In this document: positions 23,464-36,026 of the stretch, piece by piece
Position numbering within the stretch: position 1 is the first letter of the stretch
Layout of the letters: every line of letters begins with the position of its first letter
Assembly (NCBI RefSeq): GCF_030013205.1
Contig: NZ_CP122648.1
DNA length: 64,000 nucleotides
Source of the DNA: Escherichia coli
Lineage (GTDB): Bacteria; Pseudomonadota; Gammaproteobacteria; Enterobacterales; Enterobacteriaceae
Reading direction: 5' to 3' (one strand)
Program-made: the position numbers and the translations under genes
Notes under the pieces: model-generated
The model's input: only the letters and a program-made list of their open reading frames with translations
Database searches by the model: none
Told to the model about the DNA's origin: nothing

Positions 23464-24786
23464 TTACAACGACTGATGTCGCGTCTCATGGGTCAGCAGC
23501 AGGGCGATTAACGTCAAGCCAGCCATCGCCGCCAGATATAACCCCACCGCACCTAACCCGTAGTTAGTCTGCAACCAGGCTGCGATATACGGCGCAACGG
23601 AAGCCCCGAGAATCGACGCTACGTTGTAAGAGAACGATGCTCCGGTGTAACGCACTTCTGTCGGGAACAGCTCTGGTAACAGCGCGCCCATCGGCCCGAA
23701 GGTCAGTCCCATCAGACTTAACCCCAGCAGCAGGAAGGCAAAAACCAGAATCGGGTTGCCAGAACCGAGTAGCGGGTTAAAGGCGAACAGCGCGAACAGG
23801 ATGATCAGCGTGGTGATGATTACCATGCTTTTACGGCGACCAAAGGCATCAGCCAGTAATCCGGCGACTGGTACCATCACGCCAAAACCAATCACTGCCA
23901 TCATCAGCATCCACAACACTTCGTTACGCGGCAGGCCAAGCCCAACTGGCGCGGCGGCGGTACTAAAGGTCATAGAGTAGACCGTCATGATGTAAAACAG
24001 CGTATAGGTTGCCAGCATGATGAAGGTACCGAGCACCGTGACGCGTACGTGTTTGGTCAGCAGCGTACCCAGCGGGATCTTCACCTGCTTTTTCGCTTTA
24101 GCGACTTTCTCAAACACCGGCGACTCATGCAGCGACACGCGAACATACAGGCCGATAATGACCAGCACCGCCGAGAAGATAAACGGCACACGCCAGCCCC
24201 AGCTCATAAACTGCTCGTCGGTCAGTAGCCAGGAAAGCAGCAAGAAAGTGCCGTTGGCAAAGAAGAAGCCAATCGGTGCGCCCAGCTGCGGGAAGGAGCC
24301 ATACAGTGCACGTTTGCGCGGTGGGGCGTTTTCAGTCGCCAGCAGCGCCGCGCCGCCCCATTCACCGCCTAAGCCCAGACCCTGACCAAATCGAGCCAGC
24401 GCCAGCAGCAGCGGGGCGAAAATACCAATCGTGGCATAGCCCGGCAGCAGACCAATCACCACGGTCGAAATCCCCATCGTTAGCAACGAGGCGACCAGCG
24501 TCGCTTTACGCCCAACGCGATCGCCAAAATGACCAAAAACGGCAGAGCCAATGGGGCGCGCGACGAAGGCGATGGCGAAGGTGGCGAGCGACTGGAGCGT
24601 TGCTGCCGTAGGATCGCCCTGCGGGAAGAAGATATGCGGAAACACAATAACGGCCGCAGTGGCGTAAATGTAAAAGTCGAAAAACTCAATGGCCGTGCCA
24701 ATGAGAGAGGCGACAAGGACTTTATTACGCGAGTTGATCGGCGTGTATTCTTGCTCGTGGTCGAGTGTTGTGGCTGTTGCTTGCAT
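23464..24786 (-). CDS. yhjE: MFS (metabolite:H+ symporter family) transporter YhjE
   Basis: The 440-aa ORF has 12-TM MFS features and sits in the K-12 synteny position. Confidence 0.95.
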   Translation of the reverse strand: MQATATTLDHEQEYTPINSRNKVLVASLIGTAIEFFDFYIYATAAVIVFPHIFFPQGDPTAATLQSLATFAIAFVARPIGSAVFGHFGDRVGRKATLVASLLTMGISTVVIGLLPGYATIGIFAPLLLALARFGQGLGLGGEWGGAALLATENAPPRKRALYGSFPQLGAPIGFFFANGTFLLLSWLLTDEQFMSWGWRVPFIFSAVLVIIGLYVRVSLHESPVFEKVAKAKKQVKIPLGTLLTKHVRVTVLGTFIMLATYTLFYIMTVYSMTFSTAAAPVGLGLPRNEVLWMLMMAVIGFGVMVPVAGLLADAFGRRKSMVIITTLIILFALFAFNPLLGSGNPILVFAFLLLGLSLMGLTFGPMGALLPELFPTEVRYTGASFSYNVASILGASVAPYIAAWLQTNYGLGAVGLYLAAMAGLTLIALLLTHETRHQSL

Positions 24787-25101
24787 AATCTTTTCTTATT
24801 TTTTGGCTAACGAATAGCCATATTACGCACAGCAAAAGTGATATTTCAATGTGTAACAAATCGCGGAAATGGTCAAAAACCAGGCAAAAAGGGGATAATG
24901 TTTAGGCCAGTGATTTTTCTTCTATGAAATGCTTCACATAATTTTATAAATAGTGGATAAAACTGGTTTCAGGTTAAATAAAAGTTACCAACTGGATTTA
25001 TATGCTGGGGTTATGAGTTGGCATGAAATTGTTTGCTCCTGAAGAGATGTAGTTTCAGGTGGTTATGTGCATGTCATTGCCTGGCCTCTGGCTGGCTTGT
25101 T

Positions 25102-25140
25102 CCCCCTCACCCTAACCCTCTTCCCGAAGGGGCGAGGGGA
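25102..25140. repeat. GC-rich imperfect palindromic intergenic repeat (boxC-like), copy 2
   Basis: CCCCCTCACCCTAACCCTCTTCCCGAAGGGGCGAGGGGA has the same orientation as copy 1. Confidence 0.6.
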
Positions 25141-25177
25141 TCGACCGTGCGTTTATCAGGCATTATAAACCAATGAA

Positions 25178-26191
25178 TTACCGCTGCGTTTTCCCCGGCA
25201 TTCGCGGGTCGTCTTTATATTCGGCGGTGGCAATCCACGCCGCGCAAAACAGCGTCAAACGGGCGAAGAAGTAGAAAAACGCCATCAGCCCCAGCACGGA
25301 ACCAAATGCTGCGCCAGAGGGGGATTTCATCAGCGATGGCAGGGTGTAGGTCATCACGATTTTAATCACTTCAAAACCAATCGCAGCCAGAAATGTTCCA
25401 CGAATCAGGGCTTTTTTGCGCGGACGGTGGCGCGGCAACCGCCAGAAGATCCAGAAGAAAAGCAGATAGTTGGCGAAGATGGAAATCGCCAGGCCAATCA
25501 ACCGCCAAGTCGGTTTCAGCCACTCAATGCTGTTCAGGTGCAGGGCGCTAATAATCATTTGCTGCGCCGAACCGGCAACCGAGGTGATCGAAAGCGTCAC
25601 AATCAGCGCAATCAACAAACCAATCAGCGAAATAAAATCACGCAGATATTTTACCCAGAACTTCTCCTGATCTTGCGGCGAGCGTTCCCAGACATCGCGC
25701 GACTGGGCGCGAATCGCTTCACGCAGGTTACCCATCCAGTTGATGCCGGAATAAAGCGCCACCGCCAGGCCGACAAGCCCTACAGTCGTACGCTGCTGAA
25801 CGGCGGTGTTGATGGTGTTTTTCAACGTGGCGGCTAGCGTCGGATCGCTGATGTTTTGCAGAATTTTGTCGAAGATATCCTGTAGCAACATCGGATGGGA
25901 GGCCAGCACAAAGCCCCCTGCGGCAAACGACACCATCAAAATCGGGATCATCGACAAAAATGAGAAATAGGTGATAGCCGCACCAAACTGGTTACCCAGC
26001 CGATCGTTAAAGCGCTCTGTTGCGCGAATCAGGTGCGCAATAACCGGTTGGCGTTGGACTTTTTCGGCAGTGGTGGTGACGGTTTCCAGCGCCTGGCTAA
26101 CTTTGCCGCCTTTCTCGCTATTATCCAACTGCTTAATCGGCTCGTGCTCCAGATCCTGGGTGGGACGTTTGATCTCGTTTTCCTGCGTCAT
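25178..26191 (-). CDS. yhjD: Inner membrane protein YhjD (YihY/virulence factor BrkB family)
   Basis: The 337-aa polytopic ORF is recognised as the YhjD sequence. Confidence 0.94.
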   Translation of the reverse strand: MTQENEIKRPTQDLEHEPIKQLDNSEKGGKVSQALETVTTTAEKVQRQPVIAHLIRATERFNDRLGNQFGAAITYFSFLSMIPILMVSFAAGGFVLASHPMLLQDIFDKILQNISDPTLAATLKNTINTAVQQRTTVGLVGLAVALYSGINWMGNLREAIRAQSRDVWERSPQDQEKFWVKYLRDFISLIGLLIALIVTLSITSVAGSAQQMIISALHLNSIEWLKPTWRLIGLAISIFANYLLFFWIFWRLPRHRPRKKALIRGTFLAAIGFEVIKIVMTYTLPSLMKSPSGAAFGSVLGLMAFFYFFARLTLFCAAWIATAEYKDDPRMPGKTQR

Positions 26192-26239
26192 CCGCTCTTT
26201 TGTCCTTCTGTCGTGGTCATTCTTAAAAAGTATAGTCGG

Positions 26240-27139
26240 TCAGTCCAGGTGCTCTTTCATTACGCCAGCCAGCCACTGCATAAACAGGTTTACACGCCGG
26301 GAAAGCTCCCGACGCTGCGGATAAACCAGCGAAAGGGAGAGCGGCTCGGCACGGTAGCCAGGTAATACTTCAATAAGCCTCCCGGCACGCAGGGCTTCGC
26401 GCACGGCAATGCGCGGGATCTGAATAATCCCCAGACCGGCAAGACCGGCGGCGAGATAGTTTTCGCGACTGTTTACCGTCAACATGCCGCCAGACTTAAA
26501 CCACTGGACGCCATTAACGCTGGCAACCTCAAAACCTAACGGATGTACACCCAGGTGCGGTGTGTAGCGCACTATTGCGTGCGAAGTCAGATCGTCGGGG
26601 CTTTGAGGATAACCAAAGCGCGTCAGATAGTGCGGACTGGCACAGTTGACCATGGTCAGTTTGCCGAGGGGACGGGCGATAACGCCATTTTCCGGTAACG
26701 CGCCAGTGCGTATCACGCAATCAAAACCATCGTGAAGAATATCTACCGGACGGTCATGGCTACTCAGCTCCAGCTCAATTCCCGGATGCAGATAGATAAA
26801 TTCCGACAGGCGCGGCAGTAACAGGCTTTTCGCGATTCCTGGCGGGATGTCGATGCGTAATTTACCGCTGATACTGGTGGCATCCTGTTGAAACAGACCG
26901 TCCAGTTCGCTGAGATTACTCAACACATCTTTTGCCCGTTGATAATAGGTCATGCCTTCTGGCGTGAGTTTGACCCGTCGCGTAGTGCGCTGGAGAAGCT
27001 GGGTGCCAAGTTGATGTTCCAGTGCCTGTATCTGGCGCGAAACACTTCCCTTTGGCAAAGCAAAGAAATCCGCCGCGCGGGAAAAACTTTCCAGCTCCGC
27101 GACTTTGATGAACAACTGCATTGCGTGAATTTTATCCAT
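26240..27139 (-). CDS. yhjC: LysR-family transcriptional regulator YhjC
   Basis: The 299-aa protein starts at MDKIHAMQLFIKVAELESFSRAA.., which is a LysR HTH. The longer 323-aa ORF is an upstream extension. Confidence 0.9.
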   Translation of the reverse strand: MDKIHAMQLFIKVAELESFSRAADFFALPKGSVSRQIQALEHQLGTQLLQRTTRRVKLTPEGMTYYQRAKDVLSNLSELDGLFQQDATSISGKLRIDIPPGIAKSLLLPRLSEFIYLHPGIELELSSHDRPVDILHDGFDCVIRTGALPENGVIARPLGKLTMVNCASPHYLTRFGYPQSPDDLTSHAIVRYTPHLGVHPLGFEVASVNGVQWFKSGGMLTVNSRENYLAAGLAGLGIIQIPRIAVREALRAGRLIEVLPGYRAEPLSLSLVYPQRRELSRRVNLFMQWLAGVMKEHLD

Positions 27140-27659
27140 TTCTTTGACCGATTGTTGTTCACAGCGAAACAGTAACGCGCATATCGCATTGTTTATTGTT
27201 TTTTCTAACATCTAATGCCGGGTTTCACAATGTTGTCATGACGAATGTGGCGATTTCTCAGCAGGAAAAGGGCGGAATAGCTTTATGAGAAAGGTGAATT
27301 TCCCTAAACAGAGCGTTTTTTTTCAGCGATTCCCTTTAAAGTGAACAGAGGACGTGTTGGCTATTTGTGCTTATTTTTGTCTCATTGCCATTTGTTATTT
27401 TTGCTTGTGGTCGCGGAGTTTCATTTTTAATTGCATGCGTACTAACCATCAATATAAGGAAATCCTCAAAATTGTTTTAAATAGTGCCCTCGACATGTAA
27501 TTTTAGGCGTTTAGCTGTAACGATTTATATCGGCAACTATTTTCTACGCGTCATCTCTGTAGAATGGCCACCGCCAAATGGCGAATTCTTATTTTTTCTC
27601 GCGGGTAATACCCTTCCACTACTTAAGTCTTTTTAACGTATTCAGGTGGAGATTCAGTT

Positions 27660-28262
27660 ATGCAAATAGTCATGTTTGACAGGCAGTCAATATTTATTCA
27701 TGGAATGAAAATCAGTTTACAGCAGCGTATTCCAGGAGTGAGTATTCAGGGGGCCGGTCAGGCAGACGAGTTATGGCAGAAGCTGGAAAGTTACCCTGAA
27801 GCCTTAGTGATGCTCGATGGCGATCAGGATGGTGAGTTTTGTTACTGGTTGCTGCAAAAAACCGTGGTGCAATTTCCTGAGGTTAAGGTGTTAATTACGG
27901 CGACGGATTGCAATAAACGGTGGTTACAGGAAGTTATCCATTTTAATGTGCTGGCCATTGTGCCTCGTGGTTCAACCGTTGAGACATTTGCGTTGGCGGT
28001 AAATAGTGCGGCGATGGGGATGATGTTTCTGCCTGGAGACTGGCGAACGACGCCGGAAAAGGACATTAAAGATCTTAGATCGTTAAGCGCCCGCCAGCGG
28101 GAGATTTTAACCATGTTAGCGGCGGGCGAATCAAATAAAGAGATCGGCAGGGCGCTGAATATCAGTACCGGAACGGTAAAAGCGCATCTGGAATCACTGT
28201 ATCGCCGTCTGGAAGTGAAAAATCGCACCCAGGCGGCAATGATGTTAAATATCTCCTCCTGA
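27660..28262 (+). CDS. yhjB: LuxR/FixJ-type response-regulator-like protein YhjB
   Basis: The 200-aa ORF has a C-terminal LuxR HTH (LSARQREILTMLAAGESNKEIGRALNISTGTVKAH). Confidence 0.94.
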   Translation: MQIVMFDRQSIFIHGMKISLQQRIPGVSIQGAGQADELWQKLESYPEALVMLDGDQDGEFCYWLLQKTVVQFPEVKVLITATDCNKRWLQEVIHFNVLAIVPRGSTVETFALAVNSAAMGMMFLPGDWRTTPEKDIKDLRSLSARQREILTMLAAGESNKEIGRALNISTGTVKAHLESLYRRLEVKNRTQAAMMLNISS

Positions 28263-28312
28263 AGAGGATAATTTTACAGCCAGCAGGAAGTTAGCGGCTG
28301 GCTGTAAAAATA

Positions 28313-29992
<1,680 letters not shown>

Positions 29993-30245
29993 TTATAGGG
30001 CTTTTCTTTAAGGGTAGTCATTCGCTCCGCCTGGTGGGCGACAAACCGTGCGGTGGATCACGTTTATTAACTTGTCAAAAAATATAACGCACTAATATCA
30101 ATGGAATTTATAAAAATACGGATTTCGTGTTGTTTTTCATTTTCAGAACATTCAATCCTGCTCTCGCCGCAATCATGATATGCCATTCCTGATCTGGGTA
30201 ATAGGCACAGGCTATCTTATTGATAGTTTATATTCATGTAATTGA

Positions 30246-30259
30246 TTGATTCCTATCAA
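30246..30259. promoter_or_regulatory. Candidate FNR box upstream of yhjA
   Basis: TTGATTCCTATCAA is a perfect match to TTGAT-N4-ATCAA, about 110 bp upstream of the yhjA ATG. Confidence 0.6.
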
Positions 30260-30366
30260 AAAGCGTATTTCCCTGTTTTTTATGATGGCTTTGTCTCGCA
30301 GAGACGTTTGCAGCATTCTGGAAAATTTTCTGGGTCACAATAACTCACCACCGTGAGGGAAGAATA

Positions 30367-31764
30367 ATGAAAATGGTCTCACGTATTACCGCGATCGGCC
30401 TGGCTGGCGTCGCGATTTGCTATTTAGGGTTATCTGGTTATGTGTGGTACCACGATAATAAACGCAGTAAACAGGCTGATGTTCAGGCATCTGCTGTCAG
30501 TGAAAATAATAAGGTTTTAGGCTTTCTCCGCGAAAAAGGATGCGACTATTGCCACACGCCTTCGGCAGAATTACCCGCCTATTATTATATTCCTGGCGCG
30601 AAACAGTTGATGGATTACGACATTAAGCTTGGATATAAATCTTTTAACCTCGAGGCCGTGCGTGCGGCTCTGCTGGCTGATAAACCCGTTTCGCAAAGCG
30701 ATCTGAATAAGATTGAATGGGTGATGCAGTATGAAACCATGCCACCAACGCGTTATACCGCGCTACACTGGGCGGGTAAGGTGAGTGATGAAGAGCGGGC
30801 GGAAATACTCGCCTGGATTGCAAAACAGCGCGCGGAATATTACGCCAGCAATGACACTGCACCGGATCATCGTAATGAACCGGTGCAGCCCATCCCGCAA
30901 AAACTGCCTACCGATGCGCAAAAAGTGGCGTTGGGCTTTGCGCTGTATCACGATCCCCGTTTATCGGCGGATAGCACCATTTCATGCGCTCATTGCCATG
31001 CGTTGAATGCGGGGGGCGTCGATGGCAGAAAAACATCGATTGGTGTTGGTGGCGCAGTGGGGCCGATTAACGCGCCGACGGTATTTAACTCAGTATTTAA
31101 CGTTGAGCAGTTCTGGGATGGTCGTGCGGCAACATTGCAGGATCAGGCTGGTGGACCGCCGTTGAATCCGATTGAAATGGCGTCGAAATCCTGGGACGAA
31201 ATTATTTCTAAGCTGGAAAAAGATCCGCAGCTTAAAGCGCAGTTCCTCGAAGTCTATCCGCAAGGTTTCAGTGGCGAAAATATTACTGATGCCATTGCTG
31301 AATTTGAGAAAACATTAATTACGCCGGATTCCCCATTTGATAAATGGTTGCGTGGAGATGAGAATGCGCTGACGGCACAACAGAAAAAAGGCTATCAATT
31401 ATTTAAAGATAATAAATGTGCAACTTGTCATGGTGGTATTATTCTCGGCGGACGTTCCTTCGAACCGTTGGGGCTGAAAAAAGACTTTAACTTTGGTGAA
31501 ATTACGGCGGCGGATATTGGTCGTATGAATGTTACTAAAGAAGAGCGCGATAAATTGCGTCAGAAAGTACCCGGTTTACGTAACGTTGCACTAACGGCAC
31601 CGTACTTCCATCGCGGTGATGTGCCGACGCTGGACGGGGCGGTGAAACTGATGTTGCGCTATCAGGTAGGCAAAGAGCTGCCGCAGGAGGATGTGGATGA
31701 TATCGTAGCTTTCCTGCACAGTCTGAACGGGGTTTACACGCCGTATATGCAGGATAAACAATAA
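30367..31764 (+). CDS. yhjA: Tri-haem cytochrome c peroxidase YhjA (Ccp)
   Basis: The 465-aa ORF has an N-terminal anchor and three CxxCH motifs (CDYCH, CAHCH, CATCH). Confidence 0.96.
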   Translation: MKMVSRITAIGLAGVAICYLGLSGYVWYHDNKRSKQADVQASAVSENNKVLGFLREKGCDYCHTPSAELPAYYYIPGAKQLMDYDIKLGYKSFNLEAVRAALLADKPVSQSDLNKIEWVMQYETMPPTRYTALHWAGKVSDEERAEILAWIAKQRAEYYASNDTAPDHRNEPVQPIPQKLPTDAQKVALGFALYHDPRLSADSTISCAHCHALNAGGVDGRKTSIGVGGAVGPINAPTVFNSVFNVEQFWDGRAATLQDQAGGPPLNPIEMASKSWDEIISKLEKDPQLKAQFLEVYPQGFSGENITDAIAEFEKTLITPDSPFDKWLRGDENALTAQQKKGYQLFKDNKCATCHGGIILGGRSFEPLGLKKDFNFGEITAADIGRMNVTKEERDKLRQKVPGLRNVALTAPYFHRGDVPTLDGAVKLMLRYQVGKELPQEDVDDIVAFLHSLNGVYTPYMQDKQ

Positions 31765-31875
31765 TTAATTTAATCGCCCGAACAGGAATGTTTGGGCGAT
31801 TTTCATTACGATAATAAAGTCTGTTTTTAATATTATCATGTTAAATGTTTATATTATAAAAAGTCGTTTTTCTGC

Positions 31876-31895
31876 TTAGGATTTTGTTATTTAAA
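31876..31895 (+). promoter_or_regulatory. GAD box (GadE binding site) of the gadA promoter
   Basis: TTAGGATTTTGTTATTTAAA matches the 20-bp GAD box as I remember it. It lies about 80 bp upstream of the gadA ATG. Confidence 0.8.
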
Positions 31896-31974
31896 TTAAG
31901 CCTGTAATGCCTTGCTTCCATTGCGGATAAATCCTACTTTTTTATTGCCTTCAAATAAATTTAAGGAGTTCGAA

Positions 31975-33375
31975 ATGGACCAGAAGCTGTTAACGGATTT
32001 CCGCTCAGAACTACTCGATTCACGTTTTGGCGCAAAGGCCATTTCTACTATCGCGGAGTCAAAACGATTTCCGCTGCACGAAATGCGCGATGATGTCGCA
32101 TTCCAGATTATCAATGATGAATTATATCTTGATGGCAACGCTCGTCAGAACCTGGCCACTTTCTGCCAGACCTGGGACGACGAAAACGTCCATAAATTGA
32201 TGGATTTGTCGATCAATAAAAACTGGATCGACAAAGAAGAATATCCGCAATCTGCAGCCATCGACCTGCGTTGCGTAAACATGGTTGCCGATCTGTGGCA
32301 TGCGCCTGCGCCGAAAAATGGTCAGGCCGTTGGCACCAACACCATTGGTTCTTCCGAGGCCTGTATGCTCGGCGGGATGGCGATGAAATGGCGTTGGCGC
32401 AAGCGTATGGAAGCCGCAGGTAAGCCGACCAACAAACCAAACCTGGTGTGCGGTCCGGTACAAATCTGCTGGCATAAATTCGCCCGCTACTGGGATGTGG
32501 AGCTGCGTGAGATCCCTATGCGCCCCGGTCAGTTGTTTATGGACCCGAAACGCATGATTGAAGCCTGCGACGAAAATACCATCGGCGTGGTGCCGACTTT
32601 CGGCGTGACCTACACCGGTAACTATGAGTTCCCGCAACCGCTGCACGATGCGCTGGATAAACTCCAGGCCGACACCGGTATCGACATCGACATGCACATC
32701 GACGCTGCCAGCGGTGGCTTCCTGGCACCGTTCGTTGCCCCGGATATCGTCTGGGACTTCCGCCTGCCGCGTGTGAAATCGATCAGTGCTTCAGGCCATA
32801 AATTCGGTCTGGCTCCGCTGGGCTGCGGCTGGGTTATCTGGCGTGATGAAGAAGCGCTGCCGCAGGAACTGGTGTTCAACGTTGACTACCTCGGTGGTCA
32901 GATTGGGACTTTCGCCATCAACTTCTCCCGCCCGGCGGGTCAGGTAATTGCACAGTACTATGAATTCCTGCGCCTTGGTCGTGAAGGCTATACCAAAGTA
33001 CAGAACGCTTCCTACCAGGTTGCCGCTTATCTGGCGGATGAAATCGCCAAACTGGGGCCGTATGAGTTCATCTGTACCGGTCGCCCGGACGAAGGCATCC
33101 CGGCGGTTTGCTTCAAACTGAAAGATGGTGAAGATCCGGGATACACCCTCTACGACCTCTCTGAACGTCTGCGTCTGCGCGGCTGGCAGGTTCCGGCCTT
33201 CACTCTCGGCGGTGAAGCCACCGACATCGTGGTGATGCGCATTATGTGTCGTCGCGGCTTCGAAATGGACTTTGCTGAACTGTTGCTGGAAGACTACAAA
33301 GCCTCCCTGAAATATCTCAGCGACCACCCGAAACTGCAGGGTATTGCCCAGCAGAACAGCTTTAAACATACCTGA
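31975..33375 (+). CDS. gadA: Glutamate decarboxylase alpha GadA
   Basis: The 466-aa protein starts at [21 protein letters not shown].. Its position next to gadX identifies it as gadA rather than gadB. Confidence 0.97.
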   Translation: MDQKLLTDFRSELLDSRFGAKAISTIAESKRFPLHEMRDDVAFQIINDELYLDGNARQNLATFCQTWDDENVHKLMDLSINKNWIDKEEYPQSAAIDLRCVNMVADLWHAPAPKNGQAVGTNTIGSSEACMLGGMAMKWRWRKRMEAAGKPTNKPNLVCGPVQICWHKFARYWDVELREIPMRPGQLFMDPKRMIEACDENTIGVVPTFGVTYTGNYEFPQPLHDALDKLQADTGIDIDMHIDAASGGFLAPFVAPDIVWDFRLPRVKSISASGHKFGLAPLGCGWVIWRDEEALPQELVFNVDYLGGQIGTFAINFSRPAGQVIAQYYEFLRLGREGYTKVQNASYQVAAYLADEIAKLGPYEFICTGRPDEGIPAVCFKLKDGEDPGYTLYDLSERLRLRGWQVPAFTLGGEATDIVVMRIMCRRGFEMDFAELLLEDYKASLKYLSDHPKLQGIAQQNSFKHT

Positions 33376-33392
33376 TAACATAACGTTGTAAA

Positions 33393-33434
33393 AACCGAAT
33401 GCCCAACTTTTAAAAAACAGCTGGGCATTCGGTT
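33393..33434 (+). terminator. gadA terminator hairpin
   Basis: AACCGAATGCCCA..TGGGCATTCGGTT forms a 13-bp inverted repeat. Confidence 0.6.
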
Positions 33435-33742
33435 GCTTATTAATCGCAATAATATATTGGCTGTCTATTCATCGTGTTGATAAGATATATGTTATATGAA
33501 TGTTTATTAAATGTGCGATTATATTTAATGTAACGGAAATGGATTATTTGCTTACTATTAATTTCCCTGCGTTCTTAAACACGTTTTTGTATTATAAATC
33601 CAGTCATCCTGCCCGTAGAACATCACACATTATCATCCTGTTCTCCCGCTTCGTTTAAATTTATTTATCAATCAATTTGACTTAAGAGAGCGGCGTGCTA
33701 CATTAATAAACAGTAATATGTTTATGTAATATTAAGTCAACT

Positions 33743-34567
33743 ATGCAATCATTACATGGGAATTGTCTAATTGCGTACGCAAGACATAAATATATTCTCA
33801 CCATGGTTAATGGTGAATATCGCTATTTTAATGGCGGTGATCTGGTTTTTGCGGATGCAAGCCAAATTCAAGTGGATAAGTGTGTTGAGAATTTCGTATT
33901 AGTTTCAAGAGACACGCTTTCATTATTTCTCCCGATGCTCAAGGAGGAGGCATTAAAACTTCATGCACATAAAAAAGTTCCTTCATTACTCGTTCATCAC
34001 TGTACCAGAGATATTCCTGTTTTTCAGGAGGTTGCGCAACTATCGCAGAATAAGAATCTTCGCTATGCAGAAATGCTACGTAAAAGGGCATTAATCTTTG
34101 CGTTGTTATCTGTTTTTCTTGAGGATACGCAGTTTATACCGTTACTTCTGAACGTGTTGCAACCGAATATGCGAACACGAGTTTGTACGGTCATCAATAA
34201 TAATATCGCCCATGAGTGGACATTAGCCCGAATCGCTAGCGAATTGTTGATGAGTCCAAGCCTGTTAAAGAAAAAATTGCGCGAAGAAGGTACGTCATAT
34301 TCACAGTTGCTTACTGAGTGTAGGATGCAGCGTGCTTTACAACTTATTGTTATATATGGGGTTTCAATTAAGAGAGTTGCAGTGTCCTGTGGATATCACA
34401 GCGTGTCGTATTTCATTTACGTCTTTCGAAATTATTATGGGATGACGCCCACAGAGTATCAGGAGCGATCGGCGCAGGGATTGTCGAACCGTGACTCGGC
34501 GGCAAGTATTGTTGCGCAAGGGAATTTTTACGGCACTGACTGTTCTGCGGAAGGAATAAGATTATAG
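33743..34567 (+). CDS. gadX: AraC-family acid-resistance regulator GadX
   Basis: The 274-aa ORF (MQSLHGNCLIAYARHKYILTMVNGEYRYF..) is recognised as GadX. Confidence 0.96.
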   Translation: MQSLHGNCLIAYARHKYILTMVNGEYRYFNGGDLVFADASQIQVDKCVENFVLVSRDTLSLFLPMLKEEALKLHAHKKVPSLLVHHCTRDIPVFQEVAQLSQNKNLRYAEMLRKRALIFALLSVFLEDTQFIPLLLNVLQPNMRTRVCTVINNNIAHEWTLARIASELLMSPSLLKKKLREEGTSYSQLLTECRMQRALQLIVIYGVSIKRVAVSCGYHSVSYFIYVFRNYYGMTPTEYQERSAQGLSNRDSAASIVAQGNFYGTDCSAEGIRL

Positions 34568-34583
34568 AGTTTTACTCTGACAT

Positions 34584-34689
34584 AAAAAAAACCCGGCATA
34601 GGGGACCGGGAAGAGGATAGTCTGCCGTCTCCAGACTAATAAACCGTTATAACACTCCCTGTTGGCACGGGAAACTTTGTGCTCTCAGT
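34584..34689 (-). ncRNA. gadY: GadY sRNA, antisense to the gadX 3' UTR
   Basis: The reverse complement reads ACTGAGAGCACAAAGTTTCCCGTGCCAACAGGGAGTG..CCCCTATGCCGGGTTTTTTTT. This matches the remembered GadY sequence, including its terminator. Confidence 0.88.
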
Positions 34690-34935
34690 AAGTTAAATAT
34701 AACTTTTACTGGAAATAAGATCAGCCATTTTTTTATAAACATAAGCTATACGCTGTGCGAAAATATATTCGTGTTGCATTTACTTATTATCAATTAACTG
34801 TTATGCAAAACTACTTTGTGGATAAATTTTGGTCCTACCAAATCTGGCAGTTTTTGCGCTAAGAAACAGTCTGGCATCATTTCATTAGTATACTGAAATT
34901 GAAATAATCGCAGTAATGAAATATAAGGGATAGTC

Positions 34936-35664
34936 ATGACTCATGTCTGCTCGGTGATCCTCGTTCGTCGTTCATTCGATATTTATCATGAACAGCAAAA
35001 AATATCGTTGCACAACGAGAGTATCCTGTTACTGGATAAAAATTTGGCAGACGATTTTGCGTTTTGTTCACCGGATACGCGACGACTGGATATCGATGAG
35101 CTGACAGTTTGCCATTACTTACAAAATATTCGTCAGATACCACGCAATTTAGGGTTACATAGCAAAGACCGTCTGTTAATTAACCAGTCACCCCCCATGC
35201 CGCTGGTGACGGCGATTTTTGATAGTTTCAATGACTCCGGGGTAAATTCACCGATACTGAGCAAAATGCTCTATCTTTCCTGTTTATCGATGTTTTCTCA
35301 TAAGAAAGAACTGATCCCCTTACTTTTCAATAGTATCAGTACTGTTTCAGGAAAAGTTGAACGCCTTATTAGCTTTGATATCGCCAAACGTTGGTATCTG
35401 CGCGATATTGCGGAAAGAATGTATACCAGCGAGAGTCTAATCAAAAAAAAGTTGCAGGATGAAAATACCTGTTTCAGTAAAATATTACTCGCCTCCAGGA
35501 TGTCGATGGCCAGACGATTACTCGAGTTACGTCAAATTCCTCTGCATACTATTGCGGAAAAATGTGGCTATAGCAGTACATCGTACTTTATAAACACATT
35601 TCGACAATATTATGGTGTAACGCCACATCAGTTTGCGCAACATTCGCCAGGTACCTTTTCCTGA
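34936..35664 (+). CDS. gadW: AraC-family acid-resistance regulator GadW
   Basis: The 242-aa ORF (MTHVCSVILVRRSFDIYHEQQK..) is recognised as GadW. Confidence 0.96.
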   Translation: MTHVCSVILVRRSFDIYHEQQKISLHNESILLLDKNLADDFAFCSPDTRRLDIDELTVCHYLQNIRQIPRNLGLHSKDRLLINQSPPMPLVTAIFDSFNDSGVNSPILSKMLYLSCLSMFSHKKELIPLLFNSISTVSGKVERLISFDIAKRWYLRDIAERMYTSESLIKKKLQDENTCFSKILLASRMSMARRLLELRQIPLHTIAEKCGYSSTSYFINTFRQYYGVTPHQFAQHSPGTFS

Positions 35665-36026
35665 CATATTTTGCATTTGAATATTGGTCAGGATCTCACA
35701 CCTGCTTCATGTGAAACTCTTCCCTGATGATTTCTGCCGGGCTACCGGCTAGTTCTCTTTCGCAGTTTGCCAGGCGGTATAGGTATTTTCAGGAGGAAAA
35801 GACTCGGCATGTTTGGGATTATTAAGCTGACAATTCATACGATTACGGGAATGTGGGTCAGTATTGTGTTGTTTAAATTGATGACGAATGGCTGGAGTGG
35901 TTTCTACTTTCAGTGCTGTGTACTAAGCCTGGTATTCCTGACGGTTAGCTGGTTGTTGAGTGGTGAATGGTTAGCGGGAAAGAGTAAGGCTGAACCCTCA
36001 CGTTCAACCTTACTCTCATTTACACG

